Source: an uncultured delta proteobacterium
Lineage (GTDB): Bacteria > Desulfobacterota > Desulfomonilia > UBA1062
Reading direction: 5' to 3'
DNA length: 64,000 bases
Assembly: GCA_963798485.1 (NCBI GenBank)
Contig: CAWCTR010000017.1
Coordinates: 1-64,000, forward strand
The position numbers and the translations under genes were made by a program. The notes beneath the pieces were generated by a model. The model made no database searches. It had not been told where the DNA came from and saw only the letters and a list, made by a program, of their open reading frames with translations. This document shows, in pieces, positions 1 to 11,310 of the stretch; positions within the stretch are counted from its first letter, which is position 1; the number at the start of each line of letters is the position of its first letter.

Positions 1-250
1 AGTTAAATCCTAGCTCTTCTCAAAACAGCCAAAACGATGAATTAAATTTTCCAACCCTATTTCATATGTAAATAGTCCCCGTTTACCGGGAGGGTTTGGT
101 CTTTTGATCGTAGGAATCAGCCAGTAAAGAAGAGAAGTTTCATATACGTGGTCTCCCATGGGAGCCGACAGTTTGTTGTGCATACTGGCGTTGGTCATGT
201 TAGTTTCGCGTTCAATGACATCAGTTCGTATCCCGACCTTGATATTGCTC

Positions 251-1507
251 TTATGCCTCCACAGGAACGAGGGTATATCCAAGCTTGGCAGCCTGTTTAT
301 GGAGATTGTACAACCTTGTCTTGTTGTTGAGTTGAATAAGGTAAGATTCCCCCAGTTCATGATAAGGCTTGTTGAATTTGAGAACATAGAACACTGCCTT
401 GAGTATGCGGTGCGCAATGGCAACGATGGCCTTCCTGGCACCCTTGCGTGCCCTGAGACTGTAATACTTCTCCCGATAATATGAGCCCTTTTTTCGTATT
501 GCACCCCATGCAATCTCGATCACGATGGTCTTGACAATACTCCCCCTCACAGGGCTTCTTCCGCTATGCCGCTTGCCGGCGCTCTCATTGTTGCCGGGAC
601 ACAGTCCCGCCCATGACGCTAAAGATGCCGCAGTTTCAAACTGGTCAAGCGTATCTCCAACTTCAGAAAGCAGGGCATGCCCGCTGATATCGCTTATTCC
701 AGGAACCTGTATGAGACGGTCTATCTTATCACGACGGTCGGTTAAAAGCCCCTGGAGTCTTTCGTACACAAGCGCTATCTGCTTTTCCACGCTCTCGATG
801 AGCGTGCGTATGGATACCAACTGGAACCGGTGATGCTCGTTAAAGAAACCCTTGATGGATTTGAACAACTCATCCTCTTTGCCCTTGAGCCTGCCCCTGG
901 TACAATTGAAAACACCCTTAAGCGTGATCTCCTTGTCGGAGATAAGAAGATCCATGAGATTCCTTCCGGTGACGCCGAACAGGTCGGAGGCCACAGAATC
1001 TATCTTGATGTTGGCACATTCAAAAAGCTTGTGGACCCTTCTCTTGTAGTCGGAAAGACTCTCCACGTAGGTCTTTCTCAGCCGTGCAAGGTCCCTCCAC
1101 TCGCGCACATGCTTCTCCGGTATGAAACTGCCCCTAAGCAGCCCATGACGCAGAAGCCCGGCAAGCCATCTGCTGTCAGACACATCGGTCTTCCTGCCCG
1201 GAAGGTGCTTCACGTGTCTGGCATTCACGAGAATTACCTGACAGGTGTCTTCCAGAACATTATGCACGGGTCTCCAGTATACGCCGGTACTTTCCATCGC
1301 AACCACATGACAGCCTTGGTCAAGCAGCCATTCCTTTAGCCGGTATAGCTCGTCGGTAAAAGCCCCGAACTCGCAAAGTTCCTCATTGATCGTGCCATCC
1401 TCACTGGTACTCACTGACGTTGCCGATATCTTGTCCTTGTGTATATCAAGCCCACAACAATGTTGGTGCACCACACTCAAAACTGCGTTAGAATTCTTAC
1501 GGCTCAT
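251..1507 (-). mobile_element. IS110 family transposase (DEDD recombinase)
   Basis: 418 aa with N-terminal GLDIHKD, AMESTG and KTDVSD (RuvC-like DEDD) and C-terminal SWAGLCPGNNESAGK (IS110 Tnp serine motif). RBS GGAGG lies upstream. Confidence 0.93.
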
Positions 1508-1928
1508 GTCCTGCCCTCCTGTATGGTTGTGTTGGGTACATACCCATTGTTGGGCAATTCATGAGCCTTCTGCTACAATATTTTCATCCTTCGTTCGTAA
1601 TAAAAAAAGCTTAGTGCTTACTTCATGATAAGAAATATAATTCACCTGTATGAATAATGTGAAAGTAAAGATAACGTGCCATGAAAGGCGCTCTGAGCCT
1701 GTAGCCTGAATACCATAGATCAGAAACCATGATCATCATTTTTCAGGCATCTCAAAACCGAGAAGAAATCGCAGTTATCATCACTCTGATATAGAATAGA
1801 ACAAAACATAATGATAATATAGCAAATTAAAGAGTGATTACGTACCGGTGATCAAACAACAAGAATAAGAGTCAAGACTTCGTTTGCTGATTTTATTCTT
1901 CAAGATATGTGAGGCTTTGGGCTATCTA

Positions 1929-4424
1929 ATGAAAAAACGAGCAAAAAAACAGCTTCAGAAACCGGTTGTTCATACGAATAATGGGAATATATTCATATTA
2001 GATACTATTTTCAAAAAGTACAGCAAGTGGATTACTATTGGACTTGCCTTAATCTTGCTGTTCATCATTTTCCATGAGTTTATTTTCGGGAGACTATATT
2101 ACTTGTTTTCAGATATTGGGATAGATTCAATTATTGAAGCCTATCCATTTTTATATCATGTATCATGTTATATACACTCTGAAGGGTTCCCTTTATGGTC
2201 ATTTGCACAAGGTATGGGGCAGAATATTATGTCACCCAGTTTGTGTGATCCATTTTATTGGATAGTCTACCTTTCAGGACCAGAACATGCAGCCTACGCA
2301 ATAATCTGGATAGAGATAGCAAAAATCGTACTCACTGCATTGGTATTCTATCATTTTCTTAAACTTTGGAATCTCACTTATATCACAACAATAGTTGGTA
2401 CATTGCTATATTGTTTCAGTAGTTTTATGATAATTGGGGGACAATGGTGGGTACTTTCCACGGAAGCGTGTTATTTGGCATTACTTCTTTTAGGTTTTGA
2501 GAAATTATATCGACAAAATACTGGATATCTCTTCACACTTGCAATAGCTCTTTTTGCTATTCTCAATCCTTTCAGGCTTTATAGTTATGGAGTATTTCTT
2601 ATCATTTATTTTTTGTTCAGACATCTTACCTCTGAAGAGCCTACTCTCAAAAAGTTTTTTACCGTAAGTTTAAAGATGGCCGGCTTTGGACTTCTTGGAA
2701 TTATTGTCAGTAGTTTTATCTTTGTGGCTAATTGTCAATATCTTCTAGAAAGCCCTAGGGTGGGTGGAGATTTTTCATTCTTTAAAACACTGTTTTCTAT
2801 ACCTGTCTTTTCTTTTGAAAGGCAGGAACATTATGTAACAGCACTATTGCGATTATTTTCCGGTGATTTGATGGGAAACGGCACAAATTATACCGGATGG
2901 CACAATTACCTTGAAGCCCCTTTGTTCTATATTGGGTTACTTCCTTTACTGTTGATGCCTCAAATATTTCTATCATCAAATAACAGAAAAAAGATTGTCT
3001 ATGCTTCCTTTCTCATCATTATACTTATTCCAGTAATTTTTCCTTTTTTCCGTTATGCCTTATTTCTCTTTGCTGGCGATTATTACAGATGTCTTTCAAT
3101 ATTTGTCTCCCTTTCCTTTCTTTTCCTTGGCCTTTATGCTTTGGACAAGATTGATAGAGATTATTCCATTAACACTTATGTACTATTGGGGACGCTGTTT
3201 ATCCTTATTCTTATTCTCTATTACCCCTATCCAACTGAAATAACTAATATTAATATATATGATGGGTTACGCAACCCACTTAGTCAGAATACTACAGGGG
3301 TAATTTTAATCAATACAGGATTGCGTTCAGTAATAAGTATTTTTCTCGTGCTTTATACAGGGCTGATATTATTATTCAAGTATGAAAGTTGCAGGCCATA
3401 TCTGCGGATATTGTTACTATTGATACTAGCAATTGAAATTGGCTATATGAACATGGGGATCTTGAAGAACAGAGATGCACTATCGCCAGAAAATATATCT
3501 GCTTTGTTTAATACTAAGGATGCTGTTGATACTATAAAAAATAATGATAAGGAGTTTTTTCGAATTAACAAAAACCCCAAGTTGTTATTAAATAGTTTGT
3601 TTATATACAATAATGCAAAAGTTGAAGGGTACTATGGAACCTCATGTTATGATTCTTTTAATCAGAACTATTACATACGTTTTTTAGAAGAAATGGGCAT
3701 AATTGAGAAAGGGAATGAGATTCAAAGTCGATTGTCAGAAGGAGTAACCCTCTACCCTCTGTTATGGTCATTTGCAAGTATTAAATACTATCTTGGCCTA
3801 AATACGGAATATTCTAAAATGATGTTAATGAATTATGGGCCTCTTAAGATGATTGATAATATTATTCTATATAAAAATAATCAATTTTTGCCTTTAGGTT
3901 ATACATATGATCACTTTATTCCCATAAGTGAATTTAGGAAATTGACGCAAATTCAAAAGGAACAGGTCATATATAAAGCTTTTGTAGCAGAGGAACCCAT
4001 AGATAACACAATTAAAAGAAAATTAATGAATTATGATATAAATGAAATACCACAAAATAATATTATTGGATACTATAGAAGAGATATCGATCTCCTTCGA
4101 AAGGATACTTTCAAAATTGATAAATTTAGCCAGAATAATATTAGTGGTACAATAAAACTGGATACTCCCAAATTGTTGTTCTTCACCATTCCTTATGACA
4201 AAGATTGGAACATTATTATTGATAATAATCAAATCAAGCCTCTATTAACCAATGTTGGATTTATGGGTTTTATGCTGGAACCCGGGAGGCATGACATTGA
4301 ATTATACTATGAACCTTCATATTTTATAGCAAGTTTACGTGTATCCCTATTAGGGTTAATAATATATTTAGGATTAATAATGATACATTTTATGAATAAA
4401 CGTAAAGAACATAAAGTTGTTTAG
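1929..4424 (+). CDS. YfhO-family multi-pass membrane protein (GT-C-like glycosyltransferase), copy 1
   Basis: About 13 hydrophobic segments, PLWSFAQGMGQN and a C-terminal LFFTIPYDKDW...NVGFMG...LEPGRHDIELYY motif typical of YfhO. ATG at 1929 is preferred over TTG at 1884. Confidence 0.8.
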   Translation: MKKRAKKQLQKPVVHTNNGNIFILDTIFKKYSKWITIGLALILLFIIFHEFIFGRLYYLFSDIGIDSIIEAYPFLYHVSCYIHSEGFPLWSFAQGMGQNIMSPSLCDPFYWIVYLSGPEHAAYAIIWIEIAKIVLTALVFYHFLKLWNLTYITTIVGTLLYCFSSFMIIGGQWWVLSTEACYLALLLLGFEKLYRQNTGYLFTLAIALFAILNPFRLYSYGVFLIIYFLFRHLTSEEPTLKKFFTVSLKMAGFGLLGIIVSSFIFVANCQYLLESPRVGGDFSFFKTLFSIPVFSFERQEHYVTALLRLFSGDLMGNGTNYTGWHNYLEAPLFYIGLLPLLLMPQIFLSSNNRKKIVYASFLIIILIPVIFPFFRYALFLFAGDYYRCLSIFVSLSFLFLGLYALDKIDRDYSINTYVLLGTLFILILILYYPYPTEITNINIYDGLRNPLSQNTTGVILINTGLRSVISIFLVLYTGLILLFKYESCRPYLRILLLLILAIEIGYMNMGILKNRDALSPENISALFNTKDAVDTIKNNDKEFFRINKNPKLLLNSLFIYNNAKVEGYYGTSCYDSFNQNYYIRFLEEMGIIEKGNEIQSRLSEGVTLYPLLWSFASIKYYLGLNTEYSKMMLMNYGPLKMIDNIILYKNNQFLPLGYTYDHFIPISEFRKLTQIQKEQVIYKAFVAEEPIDNTIKRKLMNYDINEIPQNNIIGYYRRDIDLLRKDTFKIDKFSQNNISGTIKLDTPKLLFFTIPYDKDWNIIIDNNQIKPLLTNVGFMGFMLEPGRHDIELYYEPSYFIASLRVSLLGLIIYLGLIMIHFMNKRKEHKVV

Positions 4425-4690
4425 TGTATCTGCTGGCTAGTAGTCTTCAAAAGACAATCATCATGAAAATGAAAATCTATGCCTGCATGAGTCCGGGTAC
4501 GCTTTAGTCGGATTTGAATGATAGTTTTAATATTATGAATTGATCTATATTGGGTGAGTTAAAATTTATGAACAACCTTTGCAAAAATTCTGATGCTTGC
4601 TATTGTAGCAAATCATATATTGCTGCACTGGGCATGTGTATGAATTATATGTCATATAGATAGAAAATCTCTTGTAAGTGATTTTCGGAG

Positions 4691-7069
4691 TTGATTCCAT
4701 TGACTCAGGTTAAAGGTTCTCAACAGAGAAAAAAGGTTGTTGCAAACTCAAAGCAGGCTGTTTCAGATGATGTCTCAAATTACAGGCTGAACTTCCTTAG
4801 AAAACATTCTGTAACCATTATCTGCGTGTTCTTAACTGTTGCCATTTGCTCTGTATATTTGCAGGTTAAAGACCACCAGTTCATATACCTTGATGACGGC
4901 CAATATGTGACAGAGAACAGTCACGTGCTTTCCGGATTGAACCTGGAAAATATCAAATGGGCGTTCACTAGTGTATACGCACGCAACTGGCATCCACTCA
5001 CATGGATATCACATATGGTGGATGTGGGTATATTTGGGATGAAGCCAGGTATGCATCACCTTACTAACGTAATATTCCATGCATTGAACTCTATCCTGCT
5101 CTTCATAGTTCTTAACCAGATGACAGGGGCATTATGGAGGAGTGCTATTGTGGCTGCTCTTTTTGCTCTTCACCCTCTGCATGTGGAGTCGGTTGCATGG
5201 ATCGCAGAACGTAAAGATGTACTCAGCACCTTTTTCTGGATGCTCACCATGCTAGCCTATCACAGATATGTCGGAAGCCGTACAATTTCGAAATATCTCC
5301 TCATGATCCTATTCTTTAGCTTGGGACTCATGGCTAAACCCATGCTGGTAACACTCCCCTTCGTACTGCTGTTACTGGACTTCTGGCCACTAAAAAGAGA
5401 GGAGCTTAACCTTGCTAATAATGGTTCCCAGACTGAACAGTCATGGTGGCCAAAGATAAATTTACGAGATATCCTCCGGTTGATTCTGGAAAGGGTTCCT
5501 CTCATTATTATGGCCCTGGCTGCCTGTGGGGTAACGGTCTATGCGCAGTCAGGGGGAGCGGTACTCTCTTTGGAAAAACTGAGCTTTGCATCGAGGATTC
5601 AAAATGTAATCACCGCCTATATCGCTTATCTCTGGAAGATGATTTGGCCACTCAACCTGGCAGTATTTTACCCATATCCAAAACAATTCAGCATATTGAC
5701 GGTTGGGATGTGTCTCTTGTTACTCATTGCTATCACTGTGATTGTTCTCATGTCTGCAAGGAGGTTGCCTTACCTTGTAACAGGCTGGCTCTGGTACCTT
5801 GGAACTCTGGTGCCGGTAATCGGGATCGTTCAGGTAGGCACCCAGTCCATGGCCGACAGGTACACATATATACCACTAATAGGAATATTCATCATGATTG
5901 CCTGGGGTATACCCGAGTTGCTTGAAAAATGGAAATTCAAGAAGATAACGCTTGTTACATTAACAGGAATAGTCATTCCAATTCTTATAGGGTGTTCATG
6001 GGTGCAAGTAGGATATTGGAAGAGTAATAATACTCTTTTTGAGCACGCCCTCGATGTGACAGAAAATAATGATGTGGCTCACGATATAATAGCTGATGTT
6101 CTTATAAATCAAGGAGATTTTGATGACGCTCTAAAACATTGTGCTGAGGCTTTGAAAATAAATCCATATAACGCAGGTGCCTATGATGATATGGGAATTA
6201 TTCTAACAGATAGAGGTGAGGTATCAAAAGCGATCAGTTATTATTCTAAGGCTATACAGATAGATTCAAACTATGTGGATCCTTATATCAATCTAGGTAA
6301 TGCGTTCATTACTCAAGATAACAATATTGAGGCAGTCAAACAGTTCTCTAAAGTCATTGAGATAGAACCTGAATGTGTTTTAGCATATATAAAAATGAGT
6401 GAGGCTTTAACTAAACTGGGGAGACTAAACGAAGCCATACATCAATATCATAAAGTGCTTCAAATTAAGCCCGATTCTATTGCAGCACATTATAATCTCG
6501 GCATTGCTCTCATATCACAGGGAAAGATAAATGAGTCAATTGATCAGTTTAAAAAAGTGTTGGGGATACAACCTGGGAACGTGCGTGCTCAAAAAGCTCT
6601 ATCCTATTTATTGGCGAAAAGGAATAAAATAGAGGAATCAGTAGCTGGTCTTAATAAGGAATTAGAGAATGAATCGAACAAGTTGGGGTTATTTGTGAAA
6701 TTGGGGGATATATACCAAAGTGGTGGAGATTTGGGTAAAGCGGCAGAGAATTACGAGCGGGTAGTATCAATAGAACCTCTGAATATACATGCTTTAAACA
6801 GGTTGTCGAGGATATATTCTGATTGGGGGGAGTATGAGAAAGCACTTGATGCAATGGAGAAAGTGATAAAGGTACAGCCTGATATTGCAGATACATATTA
6901 TAATATTGCATGTATTTATGCAAAACAAAACAAAGTGGATGAATCAATCAGTTGGCTTAAACAAGCTATTGAAAAGGGGTTCAATAACTGGGACCTTCTC
7001 AAGAAGGACCCTGACATTGCTAGCATTAGAAACACAACTTTTATAAATGAATTAATAAAAAATCATTAG
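4691..7069 (+). CDS. TMTC-like membrane glycosyltransferase with C-terminal TPR repeats, copy 1
   Basis: Motifs LDD..YV, NWHPLTWISH, LFALHPLHVESVAWIAERKD and MADRYTYIP, followed by many TPRs (YNLG..L, YNIAC). Confidence 0.85.
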   Translation: MIPLTQVKGSQQRKKVVANSKQAVSDDVSNYRLNFLRKHSVTIICVFLTVAICSVYLQVKDHQFIYLDDGQYVTENSHVLSGLNLENIKWAFTSVYARNWHPLTWISHMVDVGIFGMKPGMHHLTNVIFHALNSILLFIVLNQMTGALWRSAIVAALFALHPLHVESVAWIAERKDVLSTFFWMLTMLAYHRYVGSRTISKYLLMILFFSLGLMAKPMLVTLPFVLLLLDFWPLKREELNLANNGSQTEQSWWPKINLRDILRLILERVPLIIMALAACGVTVYAQSGGAVLSLEKLSFASRIQNVITAYIAYLWKMIWPLNLAVFYPYPKQFSILTVGMCLLLLIAITVIVLMSARRLPYLVTGWLWYLGTLVPVIGIVQVGTQSMADRYTYIPLIGIFIMIAWGIPELLEKWKFKKITLVTLTGIVIPILIGCSWVQVGYWKSNNTLFEHALDVTENNDVAHDIIADVLINQGDFDDALKHCAEALKINPYNAGAYDDMGIILTDRGEVSKAISYYSKAIQIDSNYVDPYINLGNAFITQDNNIEAVKQFSKVIEIEPECVLAYIKMSEALTKLGRLNEAIHQYHKVLQIKPDSIAAHYNLGIALISQGKINESIDQFKKVLGIQPGNVRAQKALSYLLAKRNKIEESVAGLNKELENESNKLGLFVKLGDIYQSGGDLGKAAENYERVVSIEPLNIHALNRLSRIYSDWGEYEKALDAMEKVIKVQPDIADTYYNIACIYAKQNKVDESISWLKQAIEKGFNNWDLLKKDPDIASIRNTTFINELIKNH

Positions 7070-7148
7070 GATTTCTTTATAAAAAATAAGTGTAGATTCT
7101 TCGATAAATGATCAGTTCCACAAGTCTTAAGAAACTGAAGATAACGTG

Positions 7149-7665
7149 GTGCGCCAGGTAAGCTTGGCTTGAAGGGAGAGGAGGTGATAAGACTTCTTGA
7201 AATTCAAGGAAGGGACCCAGCAGGTGGAAGTCCTGTCCGGCTAGAGCCTAGCCAGCGGGCCGGTAGCGAGTCTTGGGTGGCATAGGGGTGACCCGTGTTG
7301 CTAAGCGTAGACAGTGAGTGAATGGGCCGTGTGATTGAGCCTCGAAAATATGGTTAACGTGGAAGCCGACGTTATCACATTGACGGAAGGCAGAATCGAC
7401 ATGACCGGGACAGGTGAGGTCATGGAGATCCACCGGGGTCGCCCGGCACGTACACGAAAGGGGTTCCCCATGAACCTGGGAGGCCTCTTTGTCTCCTGCT
7501 TCATAATCCCGGAATGTGTTCACCGGGTGAACAAAGGACCAGGCCGAGGGGTGGTATGGATGCACCAACCCGAGGAGCGAACGGAAGCATTCAGTGCAGG
7601 TAACTGGTGTCAAGGGTAACCAAGGTGCCGGTGATGGGCAGGGAGGAGTCGGAGTATCTCATAGT
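7149..7665 (+). ncRNA. Group II intron 5' portion (domain I), outer intron, interrupted
   Basis: Starts GTGCG. It has CAGGTGGAAGTCCTG and GGGGTGACCC hairpins, GCCGAC...GGAAGGC, GAACCTGGGAGGCC and ends GAGTCGGAGTATCTCATAGT. GTGATAA (7184-7190) and TTATCAC (7372-7378) are complementary, alpha/alpha'-like. GC content rises sharply. Confidence 0.8.
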
Positions 7666-8090
7666 GTGCGCTGGGCAGCGCATAAATCAGGAGGGTTTAA
7701 GTCCCTCTGGCGCTCGGATGAGGAGTGCCATATCCGAAAGCGGGGGTAATGCCTCGCTGGCCGGTTGAAAGACCGGAGGGCAGGGTGTCCATCGTGAGGT
7801 GGAATCCGAAGGGCATGAGGAGAAGTACCGGGCCGTAATCGAGGGAGAGATCCCGGATGAACCGGTCGGCCAAAGATGGGGCAAGGTCGAGCCCGCACTA
7901 TGGGGGCGAAGGCGTTACTCATCCACCCATCGTACCAAGGTGTGTGCGGGCGGCACGGTACGGAAGATTTATGTGTGACCCCAGGAGGACTCATCGGGTT
8001 TCTGAGTGGCGTCAGGATAAGCGAATCTATAAGCGAAGAGCGAAGTGAGGAGTGACGCCCGGTGAGTAGTCGGACAGTCGAATAGTACCT
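7666..8090 (+). ncRNA. Second group II intron 5' portion (domain I), nested in the first and truncated
   Basis: New GTGCGC start, GAGGGTTTAAGTCCCTC hairpin, CGTGAGG, GGCGAAGGC and GCGGCACGGTACGGAAG, ending AGTCGGAC...AATAGTACC. No RT ORF or domain V follows. Confidence 0.78.
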
Positions 8091-8146
8091 GGTTGTCAGT
8101 AATGTTAATGAGCAAATAATATGCTAATGACAAGCATTATCTGGGT

Positions 8147-9268
8147 TTAATGGGGCCAGACCAGATCGTAACTGACACTTCTGCCTTTCCCGGGATTCTG
8201 TTTTATCAAACCAAGTTCCAGAAGTCTGTTCAACTCACGGAAAGCCGTGATCTTGCTTACACCGGTCATTGAAGAGTACTTCCTTGTTGTGAGCCCGCCT
8301 TCGAATGCTTCACGGCCTACATCGAGGAGCTTATTTATGACCTTACGTTGCCGCTCGTTCAAGGGTGCCTGTGCGTGGGTACGCCAGAAGACAGCCTTCG
8401 TAAAAACCTCTGATAAAATGATTTCTGAGCGTTCGATAGCCCTGGAGAAACATCCAAGGAACCAAACAAGCCAATCAGTAATGTCGCTGCCCCCTTTCTG
8501 GCACTTTTCAAGGATTTCGTAATAAGCATTCCGATCCTCCATGATCTGAGATGATAGGCTGTAGTAACGGTACTTCTGTCCATCATCCTGGGCCAGAGCC
8601 ATATCGGTAAGAGCTCGGGCAATTCGACCATTTCCGTCCTCAAAGGGATGAATAGTGACAAACCAGAAATGCGCCATTGCAGCCCTTATCAGTCCTTCCA
8701 TTTTGCCATTGCTGGTATTCCACCAGGAGAGGAACAGAGCGATTTCATTATCGATCTTTTTGGATGGTGGAGCTTCAAAGTGGATCTTTTCCCTGCCAAG
8801 CGGTCCGGATACCACCTGCATGGGTTCATCCCCTCTCCAGACACCCACCCGGATCTTATGCATACCTGAATATCCGGTAGGGAATAGTTCAGCCTGCCAC
8901 CCGTACAGTCGCTCGACGCTAAGGGGGAGATCATGATTCTGCGTTGCATCCAAAAGTACGTCAACAAGACCATCCACGTACCGATCTACGGGAAGTCCCG
9001 CAGAAGGTAAGCCTAACTTACGCGCAACGGATGATCGCACAGAACGGGTGTCGAGGTTCTCTCCTTCAATGGCAGATGTCTTCATTGTCTCTTCGGCAAG
9101 TACTTCGGCATGAGCCTGGGGATCGACTACAAGACCCTGGTCGACGACTTTACCGAGGAGCCTTCCCTGGAGCAAGCGGCTTTTGCCCAGGAGGTCGAGG
9201 ACCTCATCGCTCTTCCAGGTGAAGTGAATCCAGTTTGGCCTTTGCCATATGTACTGATGGGATTTCAT
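8147..9268 (-). CDS. Fic family protein (DUF4172 N-terminus, C-terminal HTH)
   Basis: Canonical HPFEDGNGRIAR motif and N-terminal YIWQRPNW..FTW. Confidence 0.92.
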   Translation of the reverse strand: MKSHQYIWQRPNWIHFTWKSDEVLDLLGKSRLLQGRLLGKVVDQGLVVDPQAHAEVLAEETMKTSAIEGENLDTRSVRSSVARKLGLPSAGLPVDRYVDGLVDVLLDATQNHDLPLSVERLYGWQAELFPTGYSGMHKIRVGVWRGDEPMQVVSGPLGREKIHFEAPPSKKIDNEIALFLSWWNTSNGKMEGLIRAAMAHFWFVTIHPFEDGNGRIARALTDMALAQDDGQKYRYYSLSSQIMEDRNAYYEILEKCQKGGSDITDWLVWFLGCFSRAIERSEIILSEVFTKAVFWRTHAQAPLNERQRKVINKLLDVGREAFEGGLTTRKYSSMTGVSKITAFRELNRLLELGLIKQNPGKGRSVSYDLVWPH

Positions 9269-9475
9269 CGTATAATCATTTCTTCTTTATGAAGCGATTA
9301 GGGTTTTTAATCACTTCACTAAATGATATGATTAATCGGTATTATCACATCATCTCATGAACAGGCAATGGTTCATTTCATGTATGAGGACACTCAGAGC
9401 ATTGTATCAAAATCATAAAGATTATGTGTAAAACATGTGTAGACCACCCGTAAATCAAGGCTGGTCCAAGCTGAT

Positions 9476-9504
9476 GTGGGGTTCAAATCCTCCCCCCGCT
9501 ACCA
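9476..9504 (+). other. tRNA 3'-end-like fragment (T-arm plus CCA), att-site candidate
   Basis: GTGGGGTTCAAATCCTCCCCCCGCTACCA resembles a tRNA-Met 3' end. No D or anticodon arm can be folded upstream. Confidence 0.6.
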
Positions 9505-9678
9505 GTAATTCCCTTCTCATAAGAGAATTCAAGGTATATCAGCGCAAAGGGCCACAGTTGGCGCGATCCGGACGGCAATGTTGACCTGAGAGGCCAGTAT
9601 GAAACAGGGGCAGGCCACAAAATTGGTTATTTTCTCTGTGCGGTATTTCATCGGTCAACTTGTTGAGTAAGACGAGGA

Positions 9679-11310
9679 TCAGATGTAGCCAAGTAACTGA
9701 CGCTGCTGCACCCAGTCCAAAGGCAGATCAATCCGCTTGGTGAGCTTCTCGACACTGAGATCCGTAGGCTGCTTCCCTGCTATGATACTCTCGGTAATGT
9801 CAGGTGCAAGAAAGGCGAGTGTTATTACCCGGGAAACATAGCTCGTATCTACACCTTCCTTCGAGGCGATCTCAGCCATAGCGCTTACCGGGATGTAGTT
9901 CATTGAATCATCTATGGGCGCGAGCAATGGTTTTCAGCAATGTCTGATCTACCCTGGCCAGTCCGGCACCACCGATGATCAGCCGCATCTCCACTCCCCG
10001 ACGTTTCATCTGCATCGGAATATAGCGGACTATAGTCATTACACTTGAGTCCGTTCCTGGTAGCAGCGATGCCAGAGAGAGTGTGAGACATATCCCATCC
10101 TTCCGTAACTCCACACGCCGGACGAATCTGTCAATTATGCCTATATCTGTAGCATGGGGTTGGATCTTACTGGCCGCATGAAGTGCTGACTGAATCTGGT
10201 GTACCGGGACACATGATTCATGGAGCGCGGCAGTAATGGCACTATTGTCATGGATGATCCCCAATGCTGCATGCGTAACCACTTTCTCAAATTCCTGTCC
10301 CGGCAATCGCCAACCATTCGGGGAAGCATCTCTCGGGTCCACACTCAGGCTTTGTGAGATATAGTAACGGTAACGCCTCCCCTTTTTATTCGCATGGACC
10401 GGTATGAGGCGCTCACCTGATACATTGAACAATTTGTTAGTGAGCGGACAGGATATGGTAGTACGTGAACGTGTTTTATGTTCCACCATCTTCCTTGTCA
10501 TGTGCTGTTGTACTTGTTCCCATAATTCCTGATCGATGATTGCCTCATGCTGACCTGGATAACAGGTACCTTTATGGCATATCTGCCCGATATAGATCGG
10601 GTTGGAGAGCATCTTGTAGAGGGGCCCGCGTGAGAACGATCTACCGCCATTGTCTCCACGGACTTTGGAATATATAGATTCTCTATCGAGATCATCTTTC
10701 AATAGACGGACACATCCTAATTCCAGATAGCGGCGGTATATGTATCGAACAGTTTTGGCTTCCTTTGCATTGATAAGCAGCTTGCGATCCTTGAGGTCAT
10801 AGCCGAGCGGTACGAGTCCTCCCATCCACATCCCCTTTCTCTTTGAGGCCGCAATCTTGTCTCTTATACGCTCCCCCGTCACTTCCCGTTCGAACTGAGC
10901 AAAGGAAAGCAATACATTCAGGGTGAGTCTTCCCATTGAACTTGAAGTATTGAACTGCTGGGTGACAGAGACAAATGAAACACCCTGCTTATCGAACCGC
11001 TTGATGATCTTGGCGAAGTCGGCTAGTGATCTTGTCAACCGATCAACCTTATACACGATCACTACGTTAACTTTCCGGTCTCAATATCTTCCAGTAGTCG
11101 TTTCAACGCCGGGCGCTCCATGTTGCCGCCACTGAATCCCCCATCGTCATAGTGTGTCTTGACAACTCGCCAGCCCTTATGCTTCTGGCTGACAATATAT
11201 GCCTCACACGCTTCCCGCTGTGCATGCAGGGAATTGAACTCCTGCTCGAGCCCCTCATCTGAAGACTTTCGGGTGTAGACAGCGCAACGAAGTATCAGTT
11301 TTGTGCTCAT
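9679..11310 (-). pseudogene. Large serine recombinase (resolvase + recombinase domains), split into three frames
   Basis: [21 protein letters not shown] (catalytic Ser) in 11062-11310, YKVDRLTRS and SFAQFERE in 9908-11062, and C-terminal LAFLAPDI...LPLDW in 9679-9927. Confidence 0.85.

Noticed and set aside
7897-7904. ACTATGGG in the inner intron is complementary to its 5' flank CTCATAGT (possible EBS1)
   Set aside because: It lies in the loop where alpha' is expected and pairs with AGTGC at 7724-7728, so I cannot call it EBS1 without a structural model.
7248-8048. Several short ORFs on both strands
   Set aside because: They overlap structured intron RNA and have no protein motifs.
9430-9504. 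Complete tRNA gene
   Set aside because: Only the T-arm and 3' acceptor strand are recognisable; no cloverleaf can be formed.
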